DNA from: a virus
Virus record (IMG/VR): IMGVR_UViG_3300012953_000001
Location: 32,001-96,000 of that record
DNA length: 64,000 bases
Direction: 5' to 3' (one strand)
Shown: positions 1 through 9,432 of the stretch, piece after piece
How the letters are laid out: each line of letters begins with the position of its first letter
Numbering within the stretch: the stretch's first letter is position 1
The notes under the pieces: model-generated
What the model saw: the letters and a program-made list of their open reading frames with translations, nothing else
The model's database searches: none
Told to the model about the DNA's origin: nothing
Program-made: the position numbers and the translations under genes

Positions 1-71
1 CCTAAAAAGCGTCCTAGGCGCTAAGGGGAGAGTTAGGATTAACGCAAAATACGGTAAAATCACAATATGGT

Positions 72-111
72 ATGGCAAGAGACGTGCGTAAATCTGGCAT
101 AAGAATTGTGA
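72..111 (+). promoter_or_regulatory. putative phage promoter (GGnATAAGAA motif), copy 1
   Basis: GGCATAAGAATTGTG at 96-110, GCA starting 24 nt upstream of ATAAG; AGGAGG RBS at 113-118 and ATG at 125 follow. Confidence 0.6.
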
Positions 112-124
112 CAGGAGGTTACAC

Positions 125-361
125 ATGAGCATTCCAGACTCAACAATTGAGATGAAGGTAACGCCCATACCAAAGAAGCTGTTGGAGTTATTTAATGACA
201 ACCCAGTAGACCATAAGTTGAACGAGTGGTTAACCGTTCGTTGCTTTATTGGGCTACCTACAAAACCAGAAGCCTTGGCTTTCATCAAGAGACAAGTCAG
301 CAACAACACTAAGTGCCGAATCCCAGAAAAGGTCCGCAAGGCAGCGGGCATGGAAAAGTAA
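125..361 (+). CDS. small hypothetical protein (78 aa)
   Basis: AGGAGG RBS, own promoter-like motif and downstream hairpin; no recognisable family. Confidence 0.75.
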   Translation: MSIPDSTIEMKVTPIPKKLLELFNDNPVDHKLNEWLTVRCFIGLPTKPEALAFIKRQVSNNTKCRIPEKVRKAAGMEK

Positions 362-382
362 GAGGTCCTCCTCTTATTTTTC
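360..382 (+). terminator. weak intrinsic terminator
   Basis: AAGAGG-TCCT-CCTCTT hairpin followed by ATTTTTC, between convergent genes. Confidence 0.45.
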
Positions 383-402
383 TTAGCTATGGGACGCATG
401 AT

Positions 403-1710
403 CTACCTCCCCACCCAAGTCCCTGGTGCTTCCGCCCACGTCCGACGACTCTGGCCCAAAGTGGCCGGGTTCCTCGTCGGAGCAGTTTGAAACCCCCTCG
501 GAATCGTCGGCCCGAAGGGATTTACCGGGGGGCCCTTTGCTCCACCACGTATTACCCCAGGCACCGTGGCGGTAGTATTACTAGGACCTTTTAGCGCTCC
601 GACCGCAGCCCTGTTCCTTTGCTGAAGGAGTGTTGATGTCCTTGATTGGGCAAGCATCCTTTCATACTCAGGGGATACAGGTGGCCCAGAGCCCTTTGGT
701 TGCTGTCCGGTGTATCTTGCTTTGGGAACAGCTTTGCCTACACGAGGTGAGCCAGGGCCAAGTCCTCGCAGAGTGTTAACCACATCTGCTTTGCGTAGAC
801 CACCCTCGATAGGGATATCCGCAACAGAAGTGTTCGCCCCGGGAACTCTTGCTCGCCAGCCAGCAGCACGCTCTCTTAAGGACCGCTTTAAGGGACTTTT
901 TTCTCTGAGAGCTTTAGCAAGCTGCTCTTTCTTAACGGTTCTAGAGCTATCCGGCCCAGCCTTAGTAACCCTCTTGCCTGTACTTCCCTTGGGGGAGACA
1001 TAGAAATCAACAATCTTAGGTTTGCCTGAAGGGGTGACCATTATGTTTGTGGGATTGGATCTATCCAGCGCGGCTCCAGTTCTAGACGCTCTGCCAGACA
1101 TCGCGTCCTTGATAGACTTTCCGCGACGACCCATCATGTAGCTATCGCCCGCCATCCCTTGCGATTTCCATAGCTGTTTTAGATGCTTCTTTGTGGCCCT
1201 AGGTAAGCCCCCTGAGCGGACGACTGTATCGTACATGTCTCGCCCAGGCACATACTCCGAGTGGTAGTACCTTCCACCAGTAGGCGTCTTATGGAGCTTA
1301 TTGCTCACCACCTTAGCGAAGTCCTGGTTTCCTCTAGACATCATATGCCCACCAGATTTCGCAGGTGTTGCTCTGAGCCTTCGAAGAACATTAAACTTTT
1401 CAGCCGCTTGCTGCTTGCTGAATATTGCCCCAGAGGGGTCCATCATTTTTCGAACTAGGACTCTGCTAGGCGCATCTTTAGCACCAATAACCAAGTGTGC
1501 TGGACCCTCGCTACCAGAACCAAGGAACCTTAGCTGGGAGCCTTGCTTAGAGGTCTTCAGTGCGCCTTTAGAGACTAATCGTGCTGCTAAAGACTCAGCC
1601 TTAGCGATGTTCCCAGCATTAACCAACGCCCGAATAGCTTTGAGCGCGGCTGTAGCTGCGACCTTTTCAAGCTCGGAACGGTAGTTGTCTATTAACATCG
1701 CTTGGCTCAT
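403..1710 (-). CDS. protein-kinase-fold protein with basic disordered C-terminus, putative virion cargo
   Basis: LGSGSEGPAHLV (Gly loop), VLVRK (beta3 Lys), SEYVPGRD (hinge), NPTNIMVTPSGKPKIVDF (catalytic loop N and DFx); N-terminal LEKVAA; GGAGGGG RBS. Confidence 0.65.
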   Translation of the reverse strand: MSQAMLIDNYRSELEKVAATAALKAIRALVNAGNIAKAESLAARLVSKGALKTSKQGSQLRFLGSGSEGPAHLVIGAKDAPSRVLVRKMMDPSGAIFSKQQAAEKFNVLRRLRATPAKSGGHMMSRGNQDFAKVVSNKLHKTPTGGRYYHSEYVPGRDMYDTVVRSGGLPRATKKHLKQLWKSQGMAGDSYMMGRRGKSIKDAMSGRASRTGAALDRSNPTNIMVTPSGKPKIVDFYVSPKGSTGKRVTKAGPDSSRTVKKEQLAKALREKSPLKRSLRERAAGWRARVPGANTSVADIPIEGGLRKADVVNTLRGLGPGSPRVGKAVPKARYTGQQPKGSGPPVSPEYERMLAQSRTSTLLQQRNRAAVGALKGPSNTTATVPGVIRGGAKGPPVNPFGPTIPRGFQTAPTRNPATLGQSRRTWAEAPGTWVGR

Positions 1711-1971
1711 CTACCCCTCCGTTGGCTCGAAGTCATCGCATAAAAAATCCGCCCTAACCGGAGAATCCCCGTGCTTAGAGCACATACCATCACCCTTCCA
1801 ACTCCGCCCAGGCCTGTACCCAAAGCTTTGGCAACCGTCACACGCCGCATCACTTCTGTCCGACACTCGGAGATTGGGCGGGCGCGACTGCGCTAACTTC
1901 TGGAGTTGTTTTTCTAGAGAAGAATCTAGAAAAGAGTCCAGGGGATTTTTTGGGTCTTTTGGCGTATACAT
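1711..1971 (-). CDS. small Cys-rich protein, HiPIP-like Cys spacing
   Basis: CDGC...C...C pattern, LQKLAQ motif; stop abuts next start; probable start MYTPK at 1971 overlaps the SNF2 3' end. Confidence 0.6.
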   Translation of the reverse strand: MYTPKDPKNPLDSFLDSSLEKQLQKLAQSRPPNLRVSDRSDAACDGCQSFGYRPGRSWKGDGMCSKHGDSPVRADFLCDDFEPTEG

Positions 1972-3631
1972 AGCGAGTCTCACCCTTATCATCTACGTAC
2001 TTGTAGAGATGCTTCTTTGTTTTGTAAGCGCCGTAAAACTGTTCCTGCTGCTTGAACTTTCTACTGGCAACGTTGTCCATCCACTGGTCGGTAGTCTGTG
2101 GTGTTTTCTTACCGATTAACTTACCGAAAAATCCCGGACGCTTACTCATTGGTACGGTGCTTTGGTAACGTCTGACCTTCACAACGCGGTTCTCTAAGGA
2201 ACGATGTTCTTGCCCACCGAGTCTTCTAGCTCTTCCTTCTGCCTGAAGAACTCTTTGTGGGTTGAAGTGCCCATCTAAAGACATGAACGCTGTTGAGTTT
2301 TTTAGGTCTAACCCCTCGGCCCCAGCACCGCTAATAACGATGACTCGCTTCTTCCCAGACTTATACGCCTGTACTCCTTCTTGTCTAGAGACAGCGGTTA
2401 CTTTTCCACCACCTACCTCTGTGCCTTTACCAACAAAAATTGAATGCGGAATGCCACGTTCTTTAAGGCCTGCCGCTAAGACATCAACTCCGCCGCGTAC
2501 CAAGTTCGAATATAGGACAACCTTATTGTCCTTCCTTTCTACTAGGTGGGCTTCCGTATCGTTTAGTAGCTTGTTCACTTTAGGGGTTCTTCGGGCAGAC
2601 TCAGCTAACGACACATCACTTCTCCCCGAAGCCAATGAGTTCGCTAATTGCCGTGCCTGAGACACCTGAGAGAAAAGAAGCTTGGCATCCCTAACTGTTA
2701 TGTTCGGGTCTTTTTTGGTGATGTATTTTTTCACCGGCCCAAGCTTATCTAAGGAAAGTTGGTAGAGGCGATACTGCTCTTTGGACATTGGGACTTCTAC
2801 AGTCTCAGTGTCCTTTCTGGGCATCGTCTTTCCTTTGAGGTCTTTTGTTTGGACGTAGTCAATTTTGGTGCCGGTTCTGTCTGACAGGTCCCCGACATTT
2901 TTCATCCCAACAATTTTCTTTTTGGAGTCGTTAAACCCGCGAGTAAACCCGATTGTTTGGGTGTACCTGCGCTTGAACTGCTTTGGGGACAGGTCTCTAC
3001 GTCCCTCACTTAGTGTTAGTAAGGTAGCTATCTCTGATGGGTTGTTATTGATTAAGGACGCGGTCAGGCCCATGAAGTTTGTGGCCATTGATCGGGCAAT
3101 GGCAAGCGCCTTAAACGTCGTAGCAGACTCATTTCGAGTCTTATGGAATTCATCAGCGATAATAGTATCAGCACCGCTTCTTCTCATAAACCCGACAGGG
3201 TCTCTTCGAAACATTGAATAGCTGATGACTGTGTAGTCTTTATCGGTCTCTTCTCCGGGACGGATATACCCAGACTTTTTAGCTTTCTCTGAAGAAGACC
3301 CTACTGCCTGCCAAGAACTGCTTGTGAACTTTTCGATGCCATTTTTAGCAAAGTTGTCACGCAAGCCAGAGGGCACAATCACGATTGCTTTTTTAGCTTT
3401 ACCTTCGTGCTTGAGTTTCTCAAACCCGTAGATACTTGTGACTGTTTTACCAGTGCCCATCTCGTGGGCTAGGATCATCTTCCCCTTGTTCGCAAACAAG
3501 CGATCAATCGCTGCTGCTTGATGCGCGTAGGGCTTAAACCACTCTTTCATTGAAGGTATACCGGTGCCGTGCGCAGGCTTATCTCCTGCTGCTTCAGCCG
3601 CCTTCTTGATTAAGTAGTCGCCAAGAGTCAT
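1850..3631 (-). CDS. SNF2/SWI2-family ATPase
   Basis: HEMGTGKT Walker A, IIADEFH Walker B, GLTASLINNNPSEI motif III, GAGAEGLDL motif V, FNPQRVLQAEGRARRLG motif VI. Confidence 0.9.
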   Translation of the reverse strand: MTLGDYLIKKAAEAAGDKPAHGTGIPSMKEWFKPYAHQAAAIDRLFANKGKMILAHEMGTGKTVTSIYGFEKLKHEGKAKKAIVIVPSGLRDNFAKNGIEKFTSSSWQAVGSSSEKAKKSGYIRPGEETDKDYTVISYSMFRRDPVGFMRRSGADTIIADEFHKTRNESATTFKALAIARSMATNFMGLTASLINNNPSEIATLLTLSEGRRDLSPKQFKRRYTQTIGFTRGFNDSKKKIVGMKNVGDLSDRTGTKIDYVQTKDLKGKTMPRKDTETVEVPMSKEQYRLYQLSLDKLGPVKKYITKKDPNITVRDAKLLFSQVSQARQLANSLASGRSDVSLAESARRTPKVNKLLNDTEAHLVERKDNKVVLYSNLVRGGVDVLAAGLKERGIPHSIFVGKGTEVGGGKVTAVSRQEGVQAYKSGKKRVIVISGAGAEGLDLKNSTAFMSLDGHFNPQRVLQAEGRARRLGGQEHRSLENRVVKVRRYQSTVPMSKRPGFFGKLIGKKTPQTTDQWMDNVASRKFKQQEQFYGAYKTKKHLYKYVDDKGETRYVYAKRPKKSPGLFSRFFSRKTTPEVSAVAPAQSPSVGQK

Positions 3632-4476
3632 CCCTGCACGCCCCTGTGCTCCGCGTCAGACTGGATTTTTTGAGAAGCCTTGCTGGCCACTCTGGATAAA
3701 GCAGCGCCGCCACCAAAAGCTGCCAGTCCGAGCCCAAAGCTCTTTGCTGAGCTTCTTTTGAAGAGCTTGTTCAAGAGTTTTTTATCAATGCTTTTAGGGG
3801 ATTTTTTCAAAAGCTCTTTAAGCTTCTCAATGCTTATGGGTTTAGCTTCTTTCTTTGCCTGCTTGATAAGCAGTGCATGTGCGAGCTTTTCATACCAAGA
3901 GCTACTCTGAACCTCGGACCAAGCTTCGTTGACCTTCTTCATCTTCTCAGGGTCACCGCCCCGGTCTGGGTGATGCTTGAAGGCTGTTGCCCTAAAATGC
4001 TTCTTTGCCTCTTTTTTGGTCTTAACGTTCTTTGGAATATTAAGTGTTGATAGATTATCCTTAATAGTGCTTCGCCCTGGGCTCGTGTACTGCCTACGAC
4101 CACCACCGCCAGCATTTCGCCATGTCTGTTCCCAGCTTTCGTCAGCAGCCTTTCGAAATCGCTTCGTGAACCTTGCCATGTCTACACCAAGGCCAGCGTA
4201 ACCACCGAGGGACGACCCAACACCAGCGCCAGTCTCTCCCGCGATCCTCCGGTCTAGATCCATACGAGTTCGATACTTCTTTGAAAGAAGCATCTTCATC
4301 TTGTGGACCGCTTTCTTTCCTACTGGGAGCTTACGTAACTTCCTGTCGAAAAGTTTCTTACCAAGATGCTTGCCCCCGAAATGCCCCGCAGTGCTGCCTG
4401 TAATGGTGCCAGCGTAATCTTTGGCTAATTGGCCAAGTTCTTTCGCAGCAGATGCTTTCGCTACTTTTTCATACAT
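3628..4476 (-). CDS. J-domain (DnaJ-like) protein with Gly-rich helices
   Basis: KKHFRATAFKHHPDRGGDPEKMKKVNEAWSEV contains the HPD motif; flanked by EKVA/EKLA/IKQA motifs. Confidence 0.85.
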   Translation of the reverse strand: MYEKVAKASAAKELGQLAKDYAGTITGSTAGHFGGKHLGKKLFDRKLRKLPVGKKAVHKMKMLLSKKYRTRMDLDRRIAGETGAGVGSSLGGYAGLGVDMARFTKRFRKAADESWEQTWRNAGGGGRRQYTSPGRSTIKDNLSTLNIPKNVKTKKEAKKHFRATAFKHHPDRGGDPEKMKKVNEAWSEVQSSSWYEKLAHALLIKQAKKEAKPISIEKLKELLKKSPKSIDKKLLNKLFKRSSAKSFGLGLAAFGGGAALSRVASKASQKIQSDAEHRGVQG

Positions 4477-4481
4477 AGTTT

Positions 4482-6308
4482 TTACTCCCGCCCCATCTTA
4501 GAGAGGCCAGCTAAAGCGCCAGCACCCAGCATGGGGGCTGCGGCAGCTTGAGAAAAGGTTAGCCTTGCAGGGGAAACCATCTGATTAATTCGTTTTTGTG
4601 CCCCACCTCGCATGGCCCCTCGCCCTGCTTCAGCAAGCCTTCTAGCCGCACCACCGGTCATTCGGCCAAAATCCCTAGACGCTGGCGAAACAAAAACATC
4701 CATGGCGTGTTCGCCAAGTCTTTGCTTCATCGTCTTTTTCATGCCAGGAAGGAAGGCTTCTCGGATGCCTTGGGCAGCGGATTGTAGGCCCTTTTTCTGT
4801 ACGTACTTAGACCTGACTGCGAGTCCTTTGATACCGCCGATCAGACCATGCGACCCTAACGCAGCAAGGGGTAAAGCAGCTAATCCGCCCGTAGCAGTTG
4901 CAGCCGCACCCAGACCAACGCCGCCTCCAAGAAGGGCTAGATCTACACCAAGACCCTTCTTTTTAGCATCAGCTTGTAAGGCTTTGGGTAACCCTTGAAC
5001 TGCCTTACCGCCCTGAGACAACGCACCGCGACCTCCGTGCATTAACTGGTTGTACAGCCCGGACATCCCTGTTCGTTTAAAAATCTTCTTCTTGCCTACC
5101 GCCATGTCAATAGCATCAGGAAGCTGATTCCACACAGGAACGGGTTCCCCGCGCTTACTCCAGCGCATTGTGGGCGTAATGTACCTCTTGGCAGTGAGGA
5201 GGGCGGTCTCTCTGTACGCGGGTGGAACCCCACGGAGAAGTTTACCAATCTCGATACCCATCTGCCTGTTATATTTTAGCTCTGGGGCAAGCATTCCTAG
5301 GCCAAGACCTGCGCGGGTACCAACCCCCCGACGACCAGCTAGTCCTTCGCGAATCCCCATCGCCAATTGTTTGGTTTTAATTGTATTGGTGGCCCCCAGA
5401 ACCTTAGAGCCCCCGGGAACTTTGGACAGCCCTCTGCCCATCTTCCCGTACCCCATGGCCGCTTTGGTCGCGATGTGTCCCGCGCCAACCATTGGCAAAC
5501 CATGTGCAAGCATGTCCACAATAGATTTTCCAAGAAAAGCCGCGCCACCCAAACCGGCAGCAGCAGTAGCAGACCCCTCTTTTTTGAGAGCTTTCATCGC
5601 GCCATCAACAGCCGCAGACAAAACCAGACCGCCTAGAACTCCACCAGCGGCACCCCCACCTGCTGCTGGAAGAGCTTTCTTAAATACCTGTGTAGTCAAT
5701 TTGCCACCACTCATACCTTTTTGCAGAGCAACGCTTTCCGCTCCACGAGAGAGGGCACCAATTGCTGCGCCAGAAAGTGCGGGGGTTAGGTATTTCGCTA
5801 ACGCCCCGCCCCCCTTCTTACTCTTCTTCCTGCCCGAAGCAATGCTCAAGCCTAGAAGAATCGCTGAAGGGGTCTTATACGCAATGCGGGTCCCTCCGAT
5901 AATCGCGCCCCGTTTTGCGGATAAAGACTTCCCAAGGCCCCCAGACCTAGCGGATTTGTACCCCTCAATAAAACCCTTTTGTCCTTGATACGCAGCAGCA
6001 CTAGACCCCAGTAGGGCTAGTCCCGTTCTTTGTTTTGATTTGTCTTTTGATGTTACATAGTCGAGGCCTTTAAGAAATAGCGGAGCAGAGGCTACGCCGA
6101 CAGCCCCACCAATAGCCCTTCCGCTACCTCGACCTTTTAACCCACTGACGAGTAGGTCTTTGAGTTTGGTTTTGCTCCCTCGCAACTTTGCTTCAGTTGC
6201 GTGCTCAATGGAGCCTTTTGGAAGATCCCCTAGAACCGCCTTGAGCCCAAAGGCGGGAGCGGTCTTAAGCATGGTATCAAAATATTTTGGTTTGTTATCT
6301 TTCGCCAT
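4482..6308 (-). CDS. Gly/Ala/Lys-rich putative internal head or ejection protein with hydrophobic segments
   Basis: 608-aa ORF with several GxxxG-rich hydrophobic stretches, within the virion operon. Confidence 0.6.
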   Translation of the reverse strand: MAKDNKPKYFDTMLKTAPAFGLKAVLGDLPKGSIEHATEAKLRGSKTKLKDLLVSGLKGRGSGRAIGGAVGVASAPLFLKGLDYVTSKDKSKQRTGLALLGSSAAAYQGQKGFIEGYKSARSGGLGKSLSAKRGAIIGGTRIAYKTPSAILLGLSIASGRKKSKKGGGALAKYLTPALSGAAIGALSRGAESVALQKGMSGGKLTTQVFKKALPAAGGGAAGGVLGGLVLSAAVDGAMKALKKEGSATAAAGLGGAAFLGKSIVDMLAHGLPMVGAGHIATKAAMGYGKMGRGLSKVPGGSKVLGATNTIKTKQLAMGIREGLAGRRGVGTRAGLGLGMLAPELKYNRQMGIEIGKLLRGVPPAYRETALLTAKRYITPTMRWSKRGEPVPVWNQLPDAIDMAVGKKKIFKRTGMSGLYNQLMHGGRGALSQGGKAVQGLPKALQADAKKKGLGVDLALLGGGVGLGAAATATGGLAALPLAALGSHGLIGGIKGLAVRSKYVQKKGLQSAAQGIREAFLPGMKKTMKQRLGEHAMDVFVSPASRDFGRMTGGAARRLAEAGRGAMRGGAQKRINQMVSPARLTFSQAAAAPMLGAGALAGLSKMGRE

Positions 6309-6627
6309 TACTTTCGACCACCTTCGCTATCTTCCCGACCAATGTTTCAACCAGATAATCGTTAAGTGTATCTACGTTTTTTATCTCGCCGTACCAGCTA
6401 TCCACTTCGGGAACAAATTCTACAATAATATTCTCTGGGGGAAACCCTCCCAATGCGTTGGTAATACTATCGCCAAACCCTTTTGGGAATTCTGGCTCTC
6501 CCCAAAAATGAAATTTAACGCCACTATCAACCAGCAAGTACTCAGACCGGACACCAGGGATTGCGGTCTTTGCCTCAGTAAAAATGACCGGCTCAATTCT
6601 AAACCCATCTTTGTTATTACCAAACAT
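6295..6627 (-). CDS. hypothetical protein (110 aa, acidic)
   Basis: ORF packed in the operon, overlapping the next start. Confidence 0.7.
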   Translation of the reverse strand: MFGNNKDGFRIEPVIFTEAKTAIPGVRSEYLLVDSGVKFHFWGEPEFPKGFGDSITNALGGFPPENIIVEFVPEVDSWYGEIKNVDTLNDYLVETLVGKIAKVVESNGER

Positions 6628-6640
6628 ACTTACTGACTCC

Positions 6641-7420
6641 TCACTTCAAATCTTCGATGCTGCTAATATCCCGCTTGCCTAGCTTAATGGCAACAGTCTT
6701 TAGCTCATCAAGAACTTGGCGAACCTCGTCCCCTGTTTTATTCATTTCTTCCGTAGCTTTGAATATATTCTCTGCCCACATCTTCGCAGTCATAGCTGTA
6801 TCGCGGTTATTTGGTGAAGTTGTTGTTTCAAAAAACCGCATGGCAGATTCATGAAACACGCTTCTAATAACGTCTTTCTGCGATAACTCAACACGGTAGC
6901 CGAGTCGCCATAAGGCATACTCAAGCCCCTGCTTGTAGCATTGGCTAAGCACCTCACCGTTTGGGTGGGACTCCAGATACTCTAGCCACTCATTACTGGA
7001 TAATAAATCCCTGTTCCAAAAGTAATGGCGATAGAAATCTATTGTCTTTTTAGACAGTTTGACGCCACAAACTTCCACAACATACTTAGTAATGTCCTTC
7101 AGACTTGCATCACAGATAATGAGTGCTTCAAGCACGGGTCGAAGTTTTGTCTGCCCCAATATGTCCCTTGCGCGAATAGCGTCAGGCTGCTCAGACGCTA
7201 GAGACATTACTCGCTGTCGTCTAACCCAAACCCTTGTGGGGTTGTTGTTCAGATCAAGTCTTGCAGGCCTTGTTTCATCAAGCTGGGTAGAAAGCTCCCT
7301 TAAATACGCCTCAGTGGGCTCAGGCATTGCGTACATACGCGCAGCTTCCCTGATCTGTCCTGAGGAGAGACCAGAGAACAGCAGCATATACTTAAGCCAG
7401 TATTCATTGGGTTGCTTCAT
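6641..7420 (-). CDS. hypothetical protein with HTH-like segment (possibly terminase-small-subunit-like)
   Basis: 259-aa ORF; ASLKDITKYVVEVCGVKLSKKTIDFY resembles an HTH; function is inference only. Confidence 0.55.
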   Translation of the reverse strand: MKQPNEYWLKYMLLFSGLSSGQIREAARMYAMPEPTEAYLRELSTQLDETRPARLDLNNNPTRVWVRRQRVMSLASEQPDAIRARDILGQTKLRPVLEALIICDASLKDITKYVVEVCGVKLSKKTIDFYRHYFWNRDLLSSNEWLEYLESHPNGEVLSQCYKQGLEYALWRLGYRVELSQKDVIRSVFHESAMRFFETTTSPNNRDTAMTAKMWAENIFKATEEMNKTGDEVRQVLDELKTVAIKLGKRDISSIEDLK

Positions 7421-7428
7421 AAGTTTTA

Positions 7429-9420
7429 CTACGCCAGTGAAACATTAGCTCTGATTTGTAACTTCTTAAGCCCTTGCGTTGCCCTCTCAAGGCCACGAAG
7501 AGCCGAAGAGACAGCGCTCTCAGGAACATCCGAGAGCCCCAAGCGAACCCCCACAAGAAGTTCTGCCAGCTTGGAAGAAGCTTCTTCAAGTGTAGGAATC
7601 GCATCAACGTATCCCATGATGTTCTCAGGAGTAACGAAATTGAGTGACAGGACGGAGTCCACAGTTCCAGCAGCGGTCAATGCTGCGGCCTCTTTTGTGA
7701 GGTCCATATTGATGACCTTAGCCAACTCAATAAGCTCGCTATCTACCTGGGCGACCTTCTCCTTCTCGCCTAATCGCTTATCTGCCACAAAGGAGATCGA
7801 GGTGTTCTTGGCTGCGGACGCCAACTTCTTAACAGCACCATCAGGAGTATCTCCCAATACGCCAAGAAGAAGTAAAGACTCTTGCCCAGTAAGACCCGCG
7901 CTCTTAATCAAGCCGTCAACAGGTCTGCCAGAAAAAGCGAACTCGGAGCCATCTGAACGGATAGTGACCTCCATCATCCGGTCCTTCCTAGACGCAATCT
8001 TGTCCATCGCAACAGCATCAGTTGCGTAGCGTCCACCAAAGGCGAGGGGCACAAACGTGGCATCCTCAGGAAATAAGTAGTCGTTTCTTTCGATGTGGAG
8101 AGGCTTCCGCACGTTGGCAATCTTCAGCATCCCGCGACCCCTGATTGGGTGGTCGTAGATGTAGGAGTCACCATTATCGTCGGACACCTTGTGAAGAATA
8201 CTCAGAGGCTCTGTAACAACTCCTGCCTCTTTATATACAAAGACGCCTTCCCCATGCGGGTCTGCGCCAGCCAAGGTATCTAGATCCAAGGTGCCACAAG
8301 ATACGCCTGCTACCTTTTCCTGGAAAGCCGCACCGGACTTACCTACGACAAGGCACAGATCCATACGACTGCCATCAAGCGATTCCACATCCGTGATAAC
8401 AGCGGCTCTTTGGGCACTCCCTGATTTAGTCATAACGGAGTAGACCCCGTTCCCATCCACAGTCTTCAGGTTGGCAGTCTTCTCAACTGAAACTAGTTCG
8501 GAGTTACTTTCTGGAACAATGAGAGTGCTGCCATGATTAATTACATGCTGTCGAATCTCTAAAGGAATCTCCTGCCCGTCAACGTTGCTAAGGAAAATCT
8601 CTTGGGAAGTCCCGTCCACAGAAGCCATCTTTAGGGAGTAACCACCATCAACCTTAGAGATGATTGTGGCATCGAAGTCGTCGATGTTACCGGCAGGCTC
8701 AGAAGGGGTTCCATGAGCCTTTTCGGAATTCTCGGCAAGCTTTACGATTGCTGCGCTGAATGCATCATTCAACATAATAGCATCTTTAAGGGATTGATCG
8801 CCCGCCACCTTATGGAGGAACTCTTCGACAGCACGAGAGTCAATCGATGGGGACACTGCATCTAAAACAGATGCCTGCTTCACCGTGGCGTTTGTCGCAC
8901 CGCCCTGACCACCACCATACGCCTGCTGAGGCTCTTCTGGTGTAGTTACGGGGTTGAGTGCCCCACTCGGGTTCGGGGCCACGATGTACTGAGACATATC
9001 GAATAGAGCACGAGAAATGCGCTCCTCGTTCAGAGGGAGAAACCTTCCGTCTGGCGAAATGAACACGTCAAAAGAGTACGCCTTCTTGTTCTCCACAATG
9101 ATTGGGATGCGCAAAGAGGTTTTCTTCTCTTCTGGGCTTACTGGTTGCTCAGGGGATCTAACCATTTCTCCCATGCGAGACTGGCCGGGTCCTGCGGGGA
9201 CATCGGGCGCATGAGAAACCATGAACACGCCGTACATGTAACCAAGACTTTCGTCCTGGCCATCGATGGACATGTTTACTTTGTACTTACCTAAAAAAGA
9301 GTGCTGCTTATATAGATGCGCGAGCAACTCACTAGGATAAGTGCTGGGGTTGTCTCCCAACATAAATTTAGACGCCGTTTTCTCGAACGTCGGTCGTTGT
9401 AATTTTCTAACGAGTTCCAT
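7429..9420 (-). CDS. putative head scaffold/core protein with about 12 K-x-A motifs
   Basis: 663-aa ORF containing EKTAS, VKQAS, HKVAG, VKLAE, LKMAS, EKTAN, EKVAG, LKIAN, DKIAS, IKSAG, KKLAS, TKEAA. Confidence 0.6.
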   Translation of the reverse strand: MELVRKLQRPTFEKTASKFMLGDNPSTYPSELLAHLYKQHSFLGKYKVNMSIDGQDESLGYMYGVFMVSHAPDVPAGPGQSRMGEMVRSPEQPVSPEEKKTSLRIPIIVENKKAYSFDVFISPDGRFLPLNEERISRALFDMSQYIVAPNPSGALNPVTTPEEPQQAYGGGQGGATNATVKQASVLDAVSPSIDSRAVEEFLHKVAGDQSLKDAIMLNDAFSAAIVKLAENSEKAHGTPSEPAGNIDDFDATIISKVDGGYSLKMASVDGTSQEIFLSNVDGQEIPLEIRQHVINHGSTLIVPESNSELVSVEKTANLKTVDGNGVYSVMTKSGSAQRAAVITDVESLDGSRMDLCLVVGKSGAAFQEKVAGVSCGTLDLDTLAGADPHGEGVFVYKEAGVVTEPLSILHKVSDDNGDSYIYDHPIRGRGMLKIANVRKPLHIERNDYLFPEDATFVPLAFGGRYATDAVAMDKIASRKDRMMEVTIRSDGSEFAFSGRPVDGLIKSAGLTGQESLLLLGVLGDTPDGAVKKLASAAKNTSISFVADKRLGEKEKVAQVDSELIELAKVINMDLTKEAAALTAAGTVDSVLSLNFVTPENIMGYVDAIPTLEEASSKLAELLVGVRLGLSDVPESAVSSALRGLERATQGLKKLQIRANVSLA

Positions 9421-9432
9421 TATTTATACCCC

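Noticed and set aside
72-103. Sigma54 -24/-12 promoter suggested by TGGCA
   Set aside because: No TTGC element at the required spacing; the other motif copies lack the GG
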